Made by a program: the position numbers and the translations under genes. From a bacterium UBP8_UBA6595 (GTDB lineage: Bacteria; Margulisbacteria; Marinamargulisbacteria; UBA6595), in assembly GCA_002433595.1 (NCBI GenBank), contig DJIL01000012.1, positions 1-60,173 on the forward strand: DNA of 60,173 nt. Reading direction: 5' to 3'. A model generated the notes under the pieces. That model had not been told where the DNA came from. It made no database searches and saw only the letters and a program-made list of their open reading frames with translations. This document shows, piece by piece, positions 46,325 to 57,783 of this stretch; the stretch's first letter is position 1, and each line of letters starts with the position of its first letter.

Positions 46325-48793
46325 TTAATGATAGGGTATCACATTTTCAAATTGTTCGCATGTCCAATCGGATAATTCTTGGCGAAATAGTCGGCCATAT
46401 GATTTAGAAGTTACCCGAGAATCCAGAACAATTAGGCTACCCGAATCCTGGGTAGTTCGAATAAGACGCCCGATGCCTTGGCGAAATTTTAAAATTGATT
46501 TTGGGAGTAAGAAATCCATAAATCCGTTCCCATTTTCAGATTCAATACGAGCTAATTTTGCTTCAATTAGGGGCTGATTGGGGGGTGCAAATGGTAGTTT
46601 TTGAATAATAACCGTCTCCAATTGAAGACCGGGTAAGTCTACGCCTTCCCAAAAGCTATCCAAGCCGAACAGTATTTGAGGGCTATCGATGCTTAGAAAG
46701 CGTTTAAGAACCGCATCATGAGTGCCATGAATGCGTTGGGCTAAAATAGGTTGCCGGATGCTTTTTTTACAGTGGGCATGCATGTGTTTTAGTGTGGCAA
46801 AGGCGGTAAAAAGGACCAGCGTTTTTTTCGTGGTCTGGTCTAAGTAATGAGCCAATTGGTTTATGGTAACATCCTGGGTGGATATATAAGCAGTCGCTTG
46901 AGTCGCGTAATCAAATAAGGGGGGCAATTTAACCGTATGGGTTGTGGTTGGGCATAGGCCTAATGTTGTTAAAAAATAATGAAAGGAATGCCCAATGCAT
47001 AGGGTTGCAGATGTGAAGATTAGTGGGGGTGCCTTTTTAAGAAAAGGCTGAATAACCGGGGCGCAATCAACCGGTGCGCTGTGCCAGGTGGCTCCGCCGC
47101 GTTTGTGAACACTAAGCCAATGGGCATAGTTGGGTCTATCGGATAACAATTGGGATAAACTGTCTAGGGATTGATCCAATCGCAATTGGCCATCAGTATC
47201 ATTAACCGTTAGGCCATTAATTTCGTGGTGCAAGGCGTGGAGCAGGGGCATAATATGATTATCGTCTAGCCATGCATGGGAGATAGGCAACTCAGTGGTT
47301 ATGCCGTGCCCCTGGGTAATGGCATCGCTAATGCGGTCATGAATATCATGAACAATTGGAGCCAATACGGAATAATGAGTCAAGGGTCGAAAGGCGAGTG
47401 TACATTCAAAGCAGGTTTGTATAACACTGTCTAGATCATGGGCTTCGTCAAAGACAATTCCCGCTGATTTGGGCAACAAGTGGGTGTTGGCTTGGTAATC
47501 GGCAAATAACAAAGCGTGGTTGGTAATCACTAAATCCGTCTGTTTGGCTTTTTTTCTTAGTGTATGGACAAAGCAATGGGGGACTGGATTTGGCGTTTTG
47601 GCGCGATAATAAACAGTGTCATTAAATGCAGAAAAAATGGTCGTGTGCAATTCAGATAAATCACCGGTTTTTGTGTTCAGTATCCAATAGAAAAGACCAA
47701 TAAATTCAACCGTTCGACCGGTTTGAGAATGACTCAAATACCGATGAAGTAACGCATCAAACTCGGTGACATCGATATAATTTTTCTTGCCTTTTATCAC
47801 CATGTATGAAAATGATGGCAAGGGAATGTCATGCAATGTGTGCAGGGTTTCAACGAGTTGGTTTTGTAGGAGTTTGGTTTTAGTTGATAAAATAATAGGC
47901 GCTTGTTGACGTACCGCAGTTAGCACAGCCGGTATAATATAGGCCAATGATTTTCCGGTTCCAGTGGGCGATTCAATAACAATATTAGTGGTGTTTTCAA
48001 ACGCGGTGTAGCAGTGCTGGGCCATATCGGCTTGCACGTGCCGATACGAATAATGGGGGAGTTGATTCAACGTGTCGGAAAATAAGTGGTCAACATCGTA
48101 GATGGGCTGGGTATGGCCATGGTTGGTTTTTTGATCGCAAAATCCATTTATATAATGTACGTAAGGAAGAATTTCTGTATGGTTGTAGTTGCAATAATAC
48201 TCATAGACCCAATCATGCAAGGGTTGCTTCTCGGAGCCATTGAATAGACTAAGCATAGTTTTGAGTAAAACTTTGGGGCACTGAGTCAGTTGGTCACAAC
48301 AATATTTAAATAAGTGCCATGTCGCTGTTGCATCGTCGGTTGCACGGTGGCTGGCCGCTACCGGAAACCCCAGTGTCGTCGCAATGTTGGATAGTTGATA
48401 GCTGGTAGTATTTGGCAGCAGCATTTTGCATAAATCTTGTGTGTCAATGCAGGGATTGGTTAGTCGGGGGCGCTGCAATCGATCAAGGCTGATATTAATC
48501 AGATCAATGTCAAAGGCAACGTTGTGACCGATAATGCAGTGATCACCAATTGCTTCATAAATTGAGTCCGCAACGGATGCAAATGGCGGGGCTTCAGCAA
48601 CAATGTGGTTTTTAATGCCGGTGAGTTGCTCAACAAACGGGGGGATAGAGTGCGTGGGTTTTACTAAACTAGTGGTGGTGCTGTGTATATGCTCAGACGA
48701 TGCAATAAGTATTGAAAACTCGATGATTTCGTTTTCATTATTTGCCCGACTGGTTCCTTCAGTGTCAATAAATGCGTAGCGTGTTTCTGACAT
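46325..48793 (-). CDS. dinG: DnaQ-like 3'-5' exonuclease fused to DinG-family helicase
   Basis: The N-terminal YAFIDTEGTS...GHNVAFD is an exonuclease domain. It is followed by Walker A ESPTGTGKSLAYIIPA and the DEAH box VFDEAHDL. I chose the start at 48793 (MSETRYAFID), with TACAAT 9 nt upstream. Confidence 0.85.
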   Translation of the reverse strand: MSETRYAFIDTEGTSRANNENEIIEFSILIASSEHIHSTTTSLVKPTHSIPPFVEQLTGIKNHIVAEAPPFASVADSIYEAIGDHCIIGHNVAFDIDLINISLDRLQRPRLTNPCIDTQDLCKMLLPNTTSYQLSNIATTLGFPVAASHRATDDATATWHLFKYCCDQLTQCPKVLLKTMLSLFNGSEKQPLHDWVYEYYCNYNHTEILPYVHYINGFCDQKTNHGHTQPIYDVDHLFSDTLNQLPHYSYRHVQADMAQHCYTAFENTTNIVIESPTGTGKSLAYIIPAVLTAVRQQAPIILSTKTKLLQNQLVETLHTLHDIPLPSFSYMVIKGKKNYIDVTEFDALLHRYLSHSQTGRTVEFIGLFYWILNTKTGDLSELHTTIFSAFNDTVYYRAKTPNPVPHCFVHTLRKKAKQTDLVITNHALLFADYQANTHLLPKSAGIVFDEAHDLDSVIQTCFECTLAFRPLTHYSVLAPIVHDIHDRISDAITQGHGITTELPISHAWLDDNHIMPLLHALHHEINGLTVNDTDGQLRLDQSLDSLSQLLSDRPNYAHWLSVHKRGGATWHSAPVDCAPVIQPFLKKAPPLIFTSATLCIGHSFHYFLTTLGLCPTTTHTVKLPPLFDYATQATAYISTQDVTINQLAHYLDQTTKKTLVLFTAFATLKHMHAHCKKSIRQPILAQRIHGTHDAVLKRFLSIDSPQILFGLDSFWEGVDLPGLQLETVIIQKLPFAPPNQPLIEAKLARIESENGNGFMDFLLPKSILKFRQGIGRLIRTTQDSGSLIVLDSRVTSKSYGRLFRQELSDWTCEQFENVIPYH

Positions 48794-48948
48794 CGTTAAC
48801 GTATTGTAGCCTAGTCCATCAAGGGTGACCAATAGTACGATGAGTTATTCTGATACAGAAGTACGCTTGCTTTGAGTGCTGGGTTATTGGTATAGTTTGT
48901 CTTGTTGCATTTGTATTGGTTTTAAAGTTTAAGAAAAAGGAGTTCAGT

Positions 48949-49152
48949 ATGGTTGAAGTTGAATTTTACAATGTGAAAAAGCGAAAGAAAGTCAAAATTA
49001 GTAATTACACAAAAGTGAAATACCCACGAAAAACAGACAATGGTGTACAGTTTCGGTACGCATTTCGGGGTGAAGATGAAGGAACAAATTTAACTAAGTT
49101 TTGTTCTGAAAAAGACTGGAGCGCATCTAACGCACCTGAAACTGAAGCTTAA
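48949..49152 (+). CDS. small Lys-rich basic protein (67 aa), possible nucleic-acid binder
   Basis: AAGGAG lies 7 nt upstream of the ATG at 48949. The product starts MVEVEFYNVKKRKKVKISNYTKVKY.... A strong terminator follows. The function is not established. Confidence 0.55.
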   Translation: MVEVEFYNVKKRKKVKISNYTKVKYPRKTDNGVQFRYAFRGEDEGTNLTKFCSEKDWSASNAPETEA

Positions 49153-49182
49153 CGCTCACGTTTAGTATAAGTTTTAAATGTA

Positions 49183-49209
49183 AAAGACCTCGTAAATCGA
49201 GGTCTTTTT
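49183..49209. terminator. bidirectional intrinsic terminator
   Basis: AAAGACCTCG-TAAAT-CGAGGTCTTT forms a 10 bp perfect stem with T-rich runs on both strands. It lies between the convergent small gene and hisI. Confidence 0.7.
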
Positions 49210-49271
49210 GTATCTATATCTTTTTTATACCTTTTTGTATCTATAGGCCGAATCGAATAGGCCGAATCGAA
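49204..49271. repeat. two short direct-repeat pairs in the intergenic region
   Basis: CTTTTTGTATCTATA occurs at 49204-49218 and 49231-49245. TAGGCCGAATCGAA occurs in tandem at 49244-49257 and 49258-49271. Confidence 0.6.
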
Positions 49272-49300
49272 GGGAGCTTCTTAATAAAACGCAGAGAGTA

Positions 49301-49774
49301 TTACAGTTGAGTGGGATTGGGGGCGTCGCCATACAGGGCTTTTGGATCAAATACCTTTTCAGTTTCTAGAAATGTTAAGTTAGCCGTCTGGGTGTCAGGC
49401 CGGGGCGTTATTTCTCGGTAAAAGCAGGATCGGTAGCCCACATGGCAGCTGGCTGATCCGGTAACATCAACCAATAACCATAAGCAATCTTGATCATCGT
49501 CAATGCGAATTGATCGGACAGTTTGAATCAGACCACTGGTTTTTCCTTTGTGCCAAATTGTTTTTCGGCTTCTTGAGTAATAAACGGCTTCTCCGATTGC
49601 CAATGTTTTTTGCAAAGCCTCGGCGTTCATGTATCCATGCATGAGGACTTCGCCGGATGTGGCATCCGTGGTAATCACCGGTATTAGTCCATTGGAATCA
49701 AATTTGGGGGCCAAGTCATGGGACTCCTCAACCTGTTCAATGCTTATTCGTTGTTTAAATTCATAGACTATCAT
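49301..49774 (-). CDS. hisI: phosphoribosyl-AMP cyclohydrolase
   Basis: LIPVITTDATSGEVLMHGYMN, YYSRSR..IWHKG.TSG and a C...CH.GYRSCFY metal-site context are present. Confidence 0.88.
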   Translation of the reverse strand: MIVYEFKQRISIEQVEESHDLAPKFDSNGLIPVITTDATSGEVLMHGYMNAEALQKTLAIGEAVYYSRSRKTIWHKGKTSGLIQTVRSIRIDDDQDCLWLLVDVTGSASCHVGYRSCFYREITPRPDTQTANLTFLETEKVFDPKALYGDAPNPTQL

Positions 49775-49946
49775 TATGCCTCCTAAAAGTTTTTCGATAT
49801 ATTAGTATCCCCGGTTCTCAAGGGTGCTGTCAACTGTACAGTATTTATACAAATTTGAATCCCCATTGTTTATTTTTTAAACGGTTCCCTTGGGTTCTTG
49901 TTGATCGTGGAGCCGATAGCTGCGTGTGATTAGCGCACGCAGGGCT

Positions 49947-49962
49947 TGGCACAGTTTTTGCA
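49947..49962 (+). promoter_or_regulatory. sigma54 (-24/-12)-type promoter consensus upstream of groES
   Basis: TGGCAC-AGTTT-TTGCA matches TGGCAC-N5-TTGCW exactly, with canonical GG/GC spacing. It lies 141 nt upstream of the groES ATG. It is abutted by the inverted repeat CTGCGTG-N9-CACGCAG (49920-49942). Confidence 0.45.
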
Positions 49963-50023
49963 CCTTTGCATTGATAAGTGTATAGCAACAATAAACTTGC
50001 ATGTCGCATGATTTTGAATTCGT

Positions 50024-50032
50024 TGGTATACT
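50024..50032 (+). promoter_or_regulatory. extended -10 (TGGTATACT) sigma70-type promoter candidate for groES
   Basis: This is a TGnTATACT box 71 nt upstream of the groES ATG. The groES ATG has a GAAGGAG SD. Confidence 0.4.
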
Positions 50033-50103
50033 AGTTGTTATTGGTGTTTTATCGGTTTTGCTAGTTATAGCGAATTTGTTTCATAGTAGAAGGAGTAACA
50101 TAC

Positions 50104-50403
50104 ATGTCAAAGCGTACGTTTAAGCCATTATCCAATCGGGTAATTGTTAAACCAAAAGAAGAAGAAAAAATCACAGCATCGGGTATTGTATTGCCAGGTT
50201 CATCCAATGAAAAGCCAACACTCGGTGAAGTTGTTGCCGTTGGACCCGGTAAAGCCAATGATGCGGGTGACGTGATTAAGTTGTCGGTTAATGTCGGCGA
50301 TGTTGTCTTGCATTCAAAGTATGGTGGCACAGAAGTAGAAGTGGATGGCGAAACATTGGTTATCTTGTCCGAAGATGATGTGTTAGCGGTTCAACAGTCG
50401 TAA
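50104..50403 (+). CDS. groES: co-chaperonin GroES
   Basis: The product has KPLSNRVIVKP...ASGIVLP and is 99 aa. It lies directly upstream of groEL. Confidence 0.95.
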   Translation: MSKRTFKPLSNRVIVKPKEEEKITASGIVLPGSSNEKPTLGEVVAVGPGKANDAGDVIKLSVNVGDVVLHSKYGGTEVEVDGETLVILSEDDVLAVQQS

Positions 50404-50436
50404 AGTTTTAGTGTTATATTAAGGGAGTGAATTTAG

Positions 50437-52071
<1,635 letters not shown>

Positions 52072-52076
52072 ACAAT

Positions 52077-52150
52077 AAAGTTGGATTTTAAATCCAGTTT
52101 TTCTGGCCATTTCTCGCACGGTATAGCGCGGGGAGTGGCCAGTTTTGTTT
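52077..52150 (+). terminator. tandem hairpins after groEL
   Basis: The first hairpin is AAAGTTGGATT-TTAA-ATCCAGTTTTT. The second has CTGGCCA...TGGCCAG stems followed by TTTTGTTT. Confidence 0.5.
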
Positions 52151-52243
52151 CTAGACAGTCCTATGGCTTTTTGGTACAATTTCACTAATATATTTTAAAA
52201 ATATAATTTTAAACAAAATAATTTTAAACAGTAGGAACAAAAA

Positions 52244-53317
52244 ATGACAATGGACTATAAAAACTGCATGGTAGCTGAATATATATGGTTAGATGGTACA
52301 GAGCCAATGAAGCTGGTTCGATCAAAAACACGTGTTATTGAGGACAAGCCAGTGACAACCATTGATCAGTTCCCAGAATGGGGGTTTGATGGTTCCTCTA
52401 CGAACCAAGCGACCGGTGACAACTCGGATTGTATTTTGAAGCCGGTTCGGTTTGTTCATGACCCAATTCGGGGCGAAGGCAATTATTTGGTGTTGTGTGA
52501 GGTGTATGATCGGTCAGGCAATCCGCACAAAACCAATACGCGTGCTGTCTTGCGAGATATTTTAGATCAAGGTGCGAATCAACACGATGCTTGGTTTGGG
52601 TTTGAGCAGGAGTATACGGTGTTGGATGAATCGGGACACCCGTATGGTTGGCCTGAATCCGGTTACCCAGGTCCCCAAGGGCCATACTACTGTGGTGTTG
52701 GTGGCACGCGAGTATCGGCACGCGATTTATCGGAAGATCATTTAGAAGCCTGTCTTGATGCGGGGTTACTAATTTATGGGACCAATGCGGAGGTCATGCT
52801 GGGGCAATGGGAGTTTCAGATTGGGTATCGCGGATTTGATGAACCAGTAGACCCATTGTTAGTCACGGATCACATGTGGTTGGCAACATGGTTGATGGAT
52901 CGGCTCAGCGAAGCCTATGATGTGCGTGTTTCATACGATAATAAACCCATTCAAGGGGACTGGAATGGCGCGGGGTGTCACACTAATTTTTCAACAAAAA
53001 CTATGCGGGATGTCCAGTTAGGCAAGGTAGAAATTGATCGTGTAATTCAGGCGCTTGAAGCCAATCATGCCGAGCATATTAAAGTGTATGGTGCGAATCT
53101 AGACCAGCGGTTAACAGGGTTGCACGAGACTTGTGATATTAACACGTTTAAAGTTGGTGAATCAGACCGAGGGGCGTCTATTCGAGTTCCCATGGCAACT
53201 TCAGACAAAGGCTATGGGTATTTAGAAGATCGTCGGCCGGGTGCCAATGTGGATCCGTATTTAGTTGCTGCGCGATTATTGGCAACCATTTGCGGCTATA
53301 GCTTTTCAAATCAGTGA
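52244..53317 (+). CDS. glnII: glutamine synthetase type II (eukaryote-like GSII)
   Basis: The 357 aa product has AEYIWLDG at the N-terminus and GAGCHTNFS. The region RGASIRVP...GYLEDRRP is typical of GSII. Confidence 0.9.
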   Translation: MTMDYKNCMVAEYIWLDGTEPMKLVRSKTRVIEDKPVTTIDQFPEWGFDGSSTNQATGDNSDCILKPVRFVHDPIRGEGNYLVLCEVYDRSGNPHKTNTRAVLRDILDQGANQHDAWFGFEQEYTVLDESGHPYGWPESGYPGPQGPYYCGVGGTRVSARDLSEDHLEACLDAGLLIYGTNAEVMLGQWEFQIGYRGFDEPVDPLLVTDHMWLATWLMDRLSEAYDVRVSYDNKPIQGDWNGAGCHTNFSTKTMRDVQLGKVEIDRVIQALEANHAEHIKVYGANLDQRLTGLHETCDINTFKVGESDRGASIRVPMATSDKGYGYLEDRRPGANVDPYLVAARLLATICGYSFSNQ

Positions 53318-54408
53318 GCGCTGTTCGTCTCATATTTGACGACGGCACAGTGTTTCACGGGGTTTCCTTTTCTAAAGGGCCTGAGGGTGTTGCTGAATTG
53401 GTGTTTAACACCGCAATGCAAGGGTATCAAGAAGTTTTAACAGACCCGTCATATGCTGGGCAAGGGGTGGTTATGACATATCCTATAATTGGTAATTATG
53501 GGATTAACGAGGTCGATGGCGAGTCTCGGTCTATTTACTTAAGTGCCTTGATTGTCCGAGATTATACGGCTCGGTATTCACATTACCAAGCGACGCAATC
53601 GCTGGGTGACTACTTAGCGGCGGCTAATGTATGGGGAATCACAGAAGTAGATACCCGTGCACTAACGCGATACATTCGTGCCTCCGGCGCTAAGCCGGCG
53701 GTTATTACCGCTTCAACAGACTCTGTTGAAGCGGTATTGCGTCGATTGCCGCTAGTATCCAGTGTTGAGGGGCAAAATTTAGCCAGTCGAGTTACGTGCT
53801 CAGAACCGTATAGCTGGAATGTTCCCGATACCGTTCAATATCGCGTGGCTATTGTTGATTGTGGTATAAAGGCATCGACACTTAATTATTTAACACAGCA
53901 TGGTTGTCAGTGTGATATTTATCCAGTAACCGTAGCCGTAGAGACAGTATTAAGTCGTAAATATAACGGCGTTATGATTTCAAATGGCCCCGGTGATCCA
54001 GAGCCCGTAACGGCGGTTATTCAACTTATTCAAGGGCTACAGGGAAAATTACCCATTTACGGAATTTGCTTGGGTCATCAGTTAATAGCATTGGCGCATG
54101 GTATTAAAACGTACAAATTAACATTTGGCCATCATGGATCCAACCATCCAGTTTGGAATGTTGAAAAAAACAAAATAGAAATTACAGCTCAAAATCACGG
54201 GTTTTCCGTTGACCCAGCGGGCATTGCTGCCGCTGGGTTTTCCGTCACGCATACCAACTTAAATGATCAAACTGTAGCGGGAATTCGCAATCAAGATGGG
54301 TCTATTCGATCGGTTCAGTTTCACCCGGAGGCTGGTCCTGGTCCGCACGATAGCGTTGGGTTTTTTGACCAGTTTATTCAGTCAATGCAAGTGGCAGTGG
54401 TGAATTAA
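53314..54408 (+). CDS. carA: carbamoyl-phosphate synthase small (glutaminase) subunit
   Basis: The catalytic Cys is in [16 protein letters not shown] and FHPE are present. The GTG start overlaps the glnII stop as GTGA. Confidence 0.93.
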   Translation: MSAVRLIFDDGTVFHGVSFSKGPEGVAELVFNTAMQGYQEVLTDPSYAGQGVVMTYPIIGNYGINEVDGESRSIYLSALIVRDYTARYSHYQATQSLGDYLAAANVWGITEVDTRALTRYIRASGAKPAVITASTDSVEAVLRRLPLVSSVEGQNLASRVTCSEPYSWNVPDTVQYRVAIVDCGIKASTLNYLTQHGCQCDIYPVTVAVETVLSRKYNGVMISNGPGDPEPVTAVIQLIQGLQGKLPIYGICLGHQLIALAHGIKTYKLTFGHHGSNHPVWNVEKNKIEITAQNHGFSVDPAGIAAAGFSVTHTNLNDQTVAGIRNQDGSIRSVQFHPEAGPGPHDSVGFFDQFIQSMQVAVVN

Positions 54409-54410
54409 AA

Positions 54411-57400
54411 ATGCCAAAACGAACAGACATTAACAGTATTTTAGTAATCGGAGCGGGCCCCATTGTCATTGGTCAGGCGTGTGAGTTTGATTATTCGGGG
54501 ACACAGGCCTGTAAAGCACTGAAAGAAGAGGGGTATCGAGTTATTTTGGTTAATTCCAATCCAGCGACCATTATGACTGACCCGATTATGGCGGATCAGA
54601 CCTACATTGAACCGCTAACCGTATCGGTTGTAGAAAAAATCATTCAAAAAGAGAATCCGTGCGCTATTTTGCCAACGGTAGGCGGCCAAACAGCCTTGAA
54701 TTTAGCCTTGGCCTTGCATCAAGCGGGGATTCTGGCCCAATATAATGTGGAGTTAATCGGTGCTGATCCAATGGCTATTCACAAAGCCGAGGATCGGGGA
54801 GAATTTAAAGCTGCCATGGCACGCATTGGCTTGGATTCGGCACGGTCTAGCGTGGCCTATACTCGCGAGACTGCCTTAGAGCACGCGGCGGTTTTGGGAT
54901 ATCCCGTGGTTGTCCGCCCGGCATTTACGTTGGGTGGAACGGGTGGTGGAATCGCTGCCAATCCGGATGAGCTCTGTTCGATTGTAGACAGTGGGCTGCG
55001 CAACAGCATTATGACAGAGGTTTTGATTGAAGAATCGATCGTGGGGTGGAAAGAATTTGAATTAGAAGTTATGAGGGATCACAGGGATAATGTGGTTATT
55101 GTATGCTCAATTGAGAATATGGACCCCATGGGCGTGCATACGGGGGATTCTATTACAGTGGCGCCGGCACAAACATTAACCGACAAAGAATACCAGCGTT
55201 TGCGCAATGCATCCATTGAGATCATGAGGGAAATTGGTGTTAACACGGGTGGGGCGAATGTTCAGTTTGCTTTAAACCCAGAGGATGGTCGTTTAATTGT
55301 CATTGAAATGAACCCAAGGGTATCGCGCAGTTCAGCGTTGGCGTCTAAAGCTACGGGGTTTCCTATTGCGAAATTGGCCGCAAAATTGTCAGTGGGCTAT
55401 ACGCTGGATGAGTTAAGCAATGATATTACGCAAACAACACCCGCCTGCTTTGAACCAGCCTTGGACTACTGTGTGATTAAATTGCCGCGATTTGACACCC
55501 AAAAATTTAGCAAAGATGAGTTAGTGAGTCTGGGTACCAGTATGAAGTCCGTGGGAGAGGCCATGGCGATTGGGCGGACATTTAAAGAAGCCTTACAAAA
55601 AGGCTTGCGGTCTCTAGAGTTGGGTCGCTTTGGGTTTGGATTTGACCAGGAAACGCCAGGGGTAGACGCAGAAACATTAGCCCGCCGCCTGATAGTTCCG
55701 CATGCCCATCGATTGCTAGATATATACACCGCATTAGCACAAGGATGGTCTGTTGAAAAAATCCATAAATTGACATATATTGACCGGTGGTTTTTGTGGC
55801 AACTAGACGATATTATTCAAGCCGCTCAGCACATTGATGTTACATCAAAGTTGGGGCTACGATCGGCTAAGCGATACGGATTTTCTGATGTTCAGCTGGC
55901 CCACATTTCTGGAGAATCGGTGACTACCATTCGGGACCGCCGATATGCACTTGGGGTAATTCCAACGTATAGTCTAGTGGATACATGCGCGGCTGAATTT
56001 GAGGCAAAAACTCCATACTACTACTCAACGTATGAAACCTACGATGAACGTCAAGAGAATGCCAAAGAATCGATTATGATTCTGGGTAGTGGCCCCAATC
56101 GAATTGGTCAGGGCATTGAATTTGATTATTGTTGTGTGCATGCGTCATTTGCCATTCGAGAAGCCGGGTATACCAGCATTATGGTGAATTCGAATCCAGA
56201 GACGGTATCCACCGACTTCGATTGTTCAGATAGACTGTTTTTTGAGCCCGTTACAGTTGAGGATGTCTTGGCTATTTATAGAGCTGAAAAGCCAAAAGGG
56301 GTCATTGTTCAGCTGGGAGGGCAAACGCCCCTAAACTTAGTTTCGGAGCTATCGGCCGCGGGCGTTCCTATTTTAGGGACTTCACCCGATAGTATTGATT
56401 GGTGTGAGGACCGGGAGCGAACGAAACAGTTGTTGGATCAATGTGGACTTAAACAACCCAATAGCGCAATGGCGGCTACAGTGGAGGGGGCTATAGCGGC
56501 GGCTGAATCTGTCCAGTACCCAGTACTGGTTCGACCGTCTTATGTTATTGGTGGAACGGCAATGCGCGTGATTCAAACCGAAGAAGATTTAACGCACTAT
56601 ATGCATGAATACATGGCGGGTCCTATGCAGAAAAACCCGGTGCTAATTGACCAGTATTTGGAACGCTCAATTGAGGCTGATGTTGACTGTATTGGGGATG
56701 GAACCGATGCAATTGTTATTGGTATTTTGCAACATGTTGAGCCCGCTGGCGTTCACTCGGGAGACTCGACTTGTGTATTCCCCCCATTCTCAATTGCCGA
56801 ATCTATGCAAAAATCGATGCGAGCCGCCGCTGTTTCATTGGCTAAGGCGTTGGGTGTTGTCGGGCTAATGAATGTTCAATTTGCTATTAAAAATGATGCC
56901 TTATATGTATTAGAAGTGAATCCGCGCGCGTCCCGTACGGTCCCATTTATTGCCAAAGCATCCGGTGTTCCGTGGGTGAAGTATGCGACGCGCGTCATGG
57001 TGGGAGAAACCCTTCAATCAATGGGGATTGCTGAAGTTATACCCAGTTACTACACCGTGAAAGAAGCGGTATTTCCATTTAATAAGTTTTCAGATACCGA
57101 TACATTACTAAGTCCAGAAATGAAATCAACCGGTGAGGTTATGGGAATTGATAAAACTGTATCCCAAGCATTTTTAAAAGCACAAGTAGCTACCCGTCAA
57201 AATACATTATCATTGGAAAACCCAACACCAAAAGCCGTTTTCGTGACAGTGAATGATCGGGATAAGCCATTTGCCTTGGCCTATGTGAATCAGTTAGTAC
57301 AGCTGGGTGTAACGATATATGCTACTCAGGGCACGCATGATTTTTTAAACAACCATGGTATTGTCAGTGAACGGGTATATAAAATTGCGGATCAAGCAGA

Positions 57401-57626
57401 TACATCATCGCTAACATTGGTGGAGCAGGAGAAAATTGACTGGGTTGTGAATACAGGGGCTCACCATAATGTCGATGATGAGCGTATTTTACGTCGTGCA
57501 GTTCTAGAATATCAAATTCCGTTTATATCAACAATTGAGGGATTTGGCATGTTGGTTCAAGCTGTTGTAGATGCTCAGTCAGCGTTTGATGTGCAATCAA
57601 TACAGTCGTATTACGCTCAAAATTGA
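54411..57626 (+). CDS. carB: carbamoyl-phosphate synthase large subunit
   Basis: The 1071 aa product has two ATP-grasp halves ([14 protein letters not shown] and [14 protein letters not shown]) and a C-terminal MGS-like domain. Confidence 0.96.
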   Translation: MPKRTDINSILVIGAGPIVIGQACEFDYSGTQACKALKEEGYRVILVNSNPATIMTDPIMADQTYIEPLTVSVVEKIIQKENPCAILPTVGGQTALNLALALHQAGILAQYNVELIGADPMAIHKAEDRGEFKAAMARIGLDSARSSVAYTRETALEHAAVLGYPVVVRPAFTLGGTGGGIAANPDELCSIVDSGLRNSIMTEVLIEESIVGWKEFELEVMRDHRDNVVIVCSIENMDPMGVHTGDSITVAPAQTLTDKEYQRLRNASIEIMREIGVNTGGANVQFALNPEDGRLIVIEMNPRVSRSSALASKATGFPIAKLAAKLSVGYTLDELSNDITQTTPACFEPALDYCVIKLPRFDTQKFSKDELVSLGTSMKSVGEAMAIGRTFKEALQKGLRSLELGRFGFGFDQETPGVDAETLARRLIVPHAHRLLDIYTALAQGWSVEKIHKLTYIDRWFLWQLDDIIQAAQHIDVTSKLGLRSAKRYGFSDVQLAHISGESVTTIRDRRYALGVIPTYSLVDTCAAEFEAKTPYYYSTYETYDERQENAKESIMILGSGPNRIGQGIEFDYCCVHASFAIREAGYTSIMVNSNPETVSTDFDCSDRLFFEPVTVEDVLAIYRAEKPKGVIVQLGGQTPLNLVSELSAAGVPILGTSPDSIDWCEDRERTKQLLDQCGLKQPNSAMAATVEGAIAAAESVQYPVLVRPSYVIGGTAMRVIQTEEDLTHYMHEYMAGPMQKNPVLIDQYLERSIEADVDCIGDGTDAIVIGILQHVEPAGVHSGDSTCVFPPFSIAESMQKSMRAAAVSLAKALGVVGLMNVQFAIKNDALYVLEVNPRASRTVPFIAKASGVPWVKYATRVMVGETLQSMGIAEVIPSYYTVKEAVFPFNKFSDTDTLLSPEMKSTGEVMGIDKTVSQAFLKAQVATRQNTLSLENPTPKAVFVTVNDRDKPFALAYVNQLVQLGVTIYATQGTHDFLNNHGIVSERVYKIADQADTSSLTLVEQEKIDWVVNTGAHHNVDDERILRRAVLEYQIPFISTIEGFGMLVQAVVDAQSAFDVQSIQSYYAQN

Positions 57627-57628
57627 GG

Positions 57629-57700
57629 GGCTGAGCTGAATTTTTCAGCAGCTCAGCCGATATGGTTCCCCTATAGAAACTGGGTTGTCAGCAGTTTCTA
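57629..57700. terminator. two stem-loops downstream of carB (no clear U-tract)
   Basis: The first is GGCTGAG/CTCAGCC with an inner CTGAA-TTT-TTCAG (57629-57658). The second is TAGAAACTG-N9-CAGTTTCTA (57674-57700). Confidence 0.4.
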
Positions 57701-57783
57701 CACCATATAACTGCATTAATACCTCCATATAAATAGTTTTAAACATGATATGATAAATACTATGATAGTAGTCCACCCGTTTT

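Noticed and set aside
46325-48793. Exonuclease-DinG as part of a defence system.
   Set aside because: The same fusion is a housekeeping DinG architecture in several lineages. The neighbours (psd, tRNA, a small basic gene) are not defence-like, and there are no partner nuclease, methylase or Cas genes.
49775-50103. A CIRCE/HrcA operator or sigma32 heat-shock promoter upstream of groES.
   Set aside because: I scanned by eye for TTAGCACTC-N9-GAGTGCTAA and CTTGAAA/CCCCATNT-like elements. Only TTAGCGCAC has partial resemblance, and it has no inverted partner.
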